NCBI GenBank assembly: GCA_030586555.1
Contig: JAURAC010000045.1
Span: 1 to 18,883 of the forward strand
DNA from: Candidatus Subterrananammoxibius californiae
Lineage (GTDB): Bacteria > Planctomycetota > Brocadiia > Brocadiales > Subterrananammoxibiaceae
Direction: 5' to 3'
Length of the DNA: 18,883 nt
Shown: positions 16,393 to 18,883 of the stretch, one piece after another
How the letters are laid out: each line of letters opens with the position of its first letter
Position numbering within the stretch: the stretch's first letter is position 1
Notes under the pieces: model-generated
The model's input: the letters and a program-made list of their open reading frames with translations, nothing else
What the model was told of the DNA's origin: nothing
The model's database searches: none
Position numbers and translations under genes: made by a program

Positions 16393-18066
16393 ATGCTTGG
16401 GGGTACACTAGCCATGTTTCCTCGAACAAGGAACTTAGAAAGACAGCTTCTTGAAGAAGTACTCCAAATAAAAGCAGAATCGAATTATGTGGAATATGGT
16501 GAAGATCTTTTTACTCGATGGTCGAATTTAACGCAACAGCCGCAAACTGAATCAGGATTAAGTAAAAATTTAGAATCATTTTCTTTTTGCGAATTCAAAG
16601 AAAGGCTGAACAAGATAAAAACATGTAGTTTTGAACTTAAGAAAGTCTTGATAAAAGAGACATTGATATTGATTTATCCATTGGTGAAAAATGGAGCCTT
16701 CAAAAGTGAGGATAAAGAAATAAAGATTGTAGGTATTCCTATCGCATCTAACAAACTTTTTTATGGATATTTGCTCGTTGGGTTTTTACAGGACAAAAAC
16801 AAGGGTATTGATAAAAAACTACATGATGAATTGAAAAAACGAGCCAAGAAATCTTACCTTCCTGCACTTATATTGTGCCACCACTCTTTTTATGAAAAGC
16901 TTTATGCAGGCAATCCAAGTCAGCTTAATGGAAATGAAGAGGATATGCCTTTTTTTTGTAATGATATACAAGGAAGCAGTAGTACTTTAGAAAAGAACAT
17001 TCACATATTATGGTCGCTTAGAAACAGCAACAAAGACAAACTTGATAAGATCAAAACCTCACACTTCGTTTTTCAAGATTATTTATGGGCTTCTCCTGCA
17101 ACTATCCAACAAATTGAAAAAGCCCTTACTTGGGATATAAATTTCAAAAAAAATAATGATAGTTCTAAACAAAAGCCAAAGCTAAAGACATTCTTAATTG
17201 CTGGGGGTCCTGGTTCTGGAAAAGAAACGCTAGCTAAAATGATAGGACTATTTTCATCTGGTCATACCTTTTCTAAACCGAATTTCTTCAACATGGCCTC
17301 CCTGAAACCAGCTTGGATTGCACCTCCTTCGTTAGTGGGAATAGAAGCAAAAGTAAATATTATCAACTTTTCATTACGTGGGATATTTGCGAAAGTTTTA
17401 GATAAAACAAGAGCCAATAAGGATAAAAACCCAATAGTAGTACTTGACGAATTAAATAGTCTGGATGTAGATGCTCAAGGAACTTTATTAAGAATTCTCG
17501 AAAATGACGAGGTAGTTCCAATTGGTGGAATAGACTGTGCTATCAAAGAAGACATAGTGAAAAAATTGCTCGTTATTGGCATAGTGAACGAGTTACCTCC
17601 ACATCTGACGTTGGAGGATACTTTAAGGACTTTATCTCAAGATAGAGAGCTTTGGGGTAATTTACTTGGTTCTGCCCTTTATGAGTTTTATCGTGGGATG
17701 AGAAGGCTTCGAGACGATTTGTACTATAGATTTAGTAGGGGTGGGTATATTGAATTGCCAGATCTGGATAAACGGAGGGAAGATATACCGATTATATTTT
17801 TTACCAGCCTGCCCAAAGTTTTAAGAGAAAAACTTTATAATAATACAAGAGAAAAATTTATAGAATATGATGTTTGGGCTTTGTTAACTGATGAAAGAAT
17901 CAAGTGGAAAGGCAATGTAAGGCAGTTACAAGCAGTTGCAAATATGGTTGCCCAAAAAGCAACGAAAAAAGACAAAGACATTGATGTACCTATGGTAAGA
18001 AAGGTTTTGAAAAGAATGTATCTGCTTCTTGGAGAAAAAGATGATGATGACGATGATGATGATTAG
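16393..18066 (+). CDS. Sigma54-activator (NtrC/EBP)-like AAA+ ATPase lacking GAFTGA and with no recognisable HTH
   Basis: Walker A GGPGSGKE, Walker B VVLDELNSL..DAQGTLLRILE, RLRDDLYYRF, LPDLDKRREDIP, WKGNVRQL; poly-Asp tail. Confidence 0.85.
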   Translation: MLGGTLAMFPRTRNLERQLLEEVLQIKAESNYVEYGEDLFTRWSNLTQQPQTESGLSKNLESFSFCEFKERLNKIKTCSFELKKVLIKETLILIYPLVKNGAFKSEDKEIKIVGIPIASNKLFYGYLLVGFLQDKNKGIDKKLHDELKKRAKKSYLPALILCHHSFYEKLYAGNPSQLNGNEEDMPFFCNDIQGSSSTLEKNIHILWSLRNSNKDKLDKIKTSHFVFQDYLWASPATIQQIEKALTWDINFKKNNDSSKQKPKLKTFLIAGGPGSGKETLAKMIGLFSSGHTFSKPNFFNMASLKPAWIAPPSLVGIEAKVNIINFSLRGIFAKVLDKTRANKDKNPIVVLDELNSLDVDAQGTLLRILENDEVVPIGGIDCAIKEDIVKKLLVIGIVNELPPHLTLEDTLRTLSQDRELWGNLLGSALYEFYRGMRRLRDDLYYRFSRGGYIELPDLDKRREDIPIIFFTSLPKVLREKLYNNTREKFIEYDVWALLTDERIKWKGNVRQLQAVANMVAQKATKKDKDIDVPMVRKVLKRMYLLLGEKDDDDDDDD

Positions 18067-18300
18067 AAAAAGTGATATTATTTTTGTAAGTTCCTGTGCT
18101 CTTATCCACCGACTATTTTTTAACAACAGTATCTTGGAATAAGCCAATGTGTTTGTGAATTAGGCTGAGAGGTTGTAGTATAATGGAGATGTTAAAGATA
18201 CAATGTTTCAAATCAGCTATATTTTTACACTTCGCTTGTAATCTGCTTTCCAACGATTTAGAAGATAAGATTATAAACTTAGGGTTCATTACTTTAAAGC

Positions 18301-18883
18301 ATGCTTCAACAGCTTATATTAAATGGAATAATTGCAGGAAGTATTTATGCTCTGGTTGCTATTGGTTTTTCCATTATTTATAGAACTGTTAAGTTTTTCC
18401 ACTTTGCCAATGGTGTAGTCTATGCGACCGGGGCTTATCTGGCTTACACGTTCTTTATTCTTTTTGGAATAAATACAATTATTAGTTTTTTTTTATCTAT
18501 AGCTCTTGCTGCCCTTCTTGGTATTGCCATAGATAGGTTTGTATATTATCCTCTCCGAAAACACAATGCTTCCAACCTTGTTTATCTAATCGCCTCATTC
18601 GGCGTTTTTATTTTCATCCAGAATTTCTTACAACTCATCTTTGGCGCTCAAATCTTAACTTTGAGAACTGGTCCTGTAAAAGAGGGACACCATATCTTCG
18701 GAGCCGTAATTACAGATATTCAAATCCTTATCATAGTAGTTAGCCTTGTACTATTCATCCTTTGTTGGCTGTTTATACGGAAGACAAAACTTGGGAAGGC
18801 AATCAGGGCAGTAGCAGATGACCCCATAGGGGCAAGGGTGGTGGGAATTAATTCGGAAAGGGTAATCCTTGCCTCTTTTGCTA
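18301..18883 (+). CDS. livH: Branched-chain amino acid ABC transporter permease, LivH-like (3' end runs out of the window)
   Basis: Hand-translated: MLQQLILNGIIAGSIYALVAIGFSIIYRTVKFFHFANG...KTKLGKAIRAVADDPIGARVVGIN, matching the canonical LivH N-terminus and loop motif. Confidence 0.93.
   Translation, partial: MLQQLILNGIIAGSIYALVAIGFSIIYRTVKFFHFANGVVYATGAYLAYTFFILFGINTIISFFLSIALAALLGIAIDRFVYYPLRKHNASNLVYLIASFGVFIFIQNFLQLIFGAQILTLRTGPVKEGHHIFGAVITDIQILIIVVSLVLFILCWLFIRKTKLGKAIRAVADDPIGARVVGINSERVILASFA

Noticed and set aside
18183..18383. 66-aa ORF upstream of livH
   Set aside because: Overlaps the LivH reading frame out of phase and has no recognisable motif or RBS.

Overview
Bacterial accessory region that reads as an integrated mobile element plus cargo. 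From left to right: (1) a complete IS256-family element (136-1578; 26-bp imperfect terminal IRs, 6-bp TGAGTA duplication); (2) an Xre-HTH gene followed by a RuvC-like gene whose first catalytic Asp is replaced by Ser; (3) an AbrB/MazE-Doc toxin-antitoxin pair; (4) a minus-strand cargo unit with a consensus promoter, a (CT)16 microsatellite in a leader ORF, a small membrane-anchored protein, and a 1320-aa secreted HExxH metalloprotease/LVIVD protein whose N-terminal domain is a paralog of the small protein; (5) a soluble VirD4/TraD-like ATPase, divergent from an operon of SWIM-Rad52/Rad22 annealase, Cas4/AddB-like PD-(D/E)XK nuclease, DUF932-like protein and hypotheticals; (6) an operon in which a LivK-type binding protein and a LivH-type permease bracket a 53-aa peptide ORF missing from the ORF track, an atypical isoprenyl-diphosphate-synthase-fold enzyme, and an NtrC-like AAA+ protein that lacks GAFTGA and is split by one in-frame TAG. 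Block (6) is the best candidate for an undescribed system, possibly prenyl-peptide or terpenoid signalling. All family calls come from motif recognition by eye; no database searches were run.
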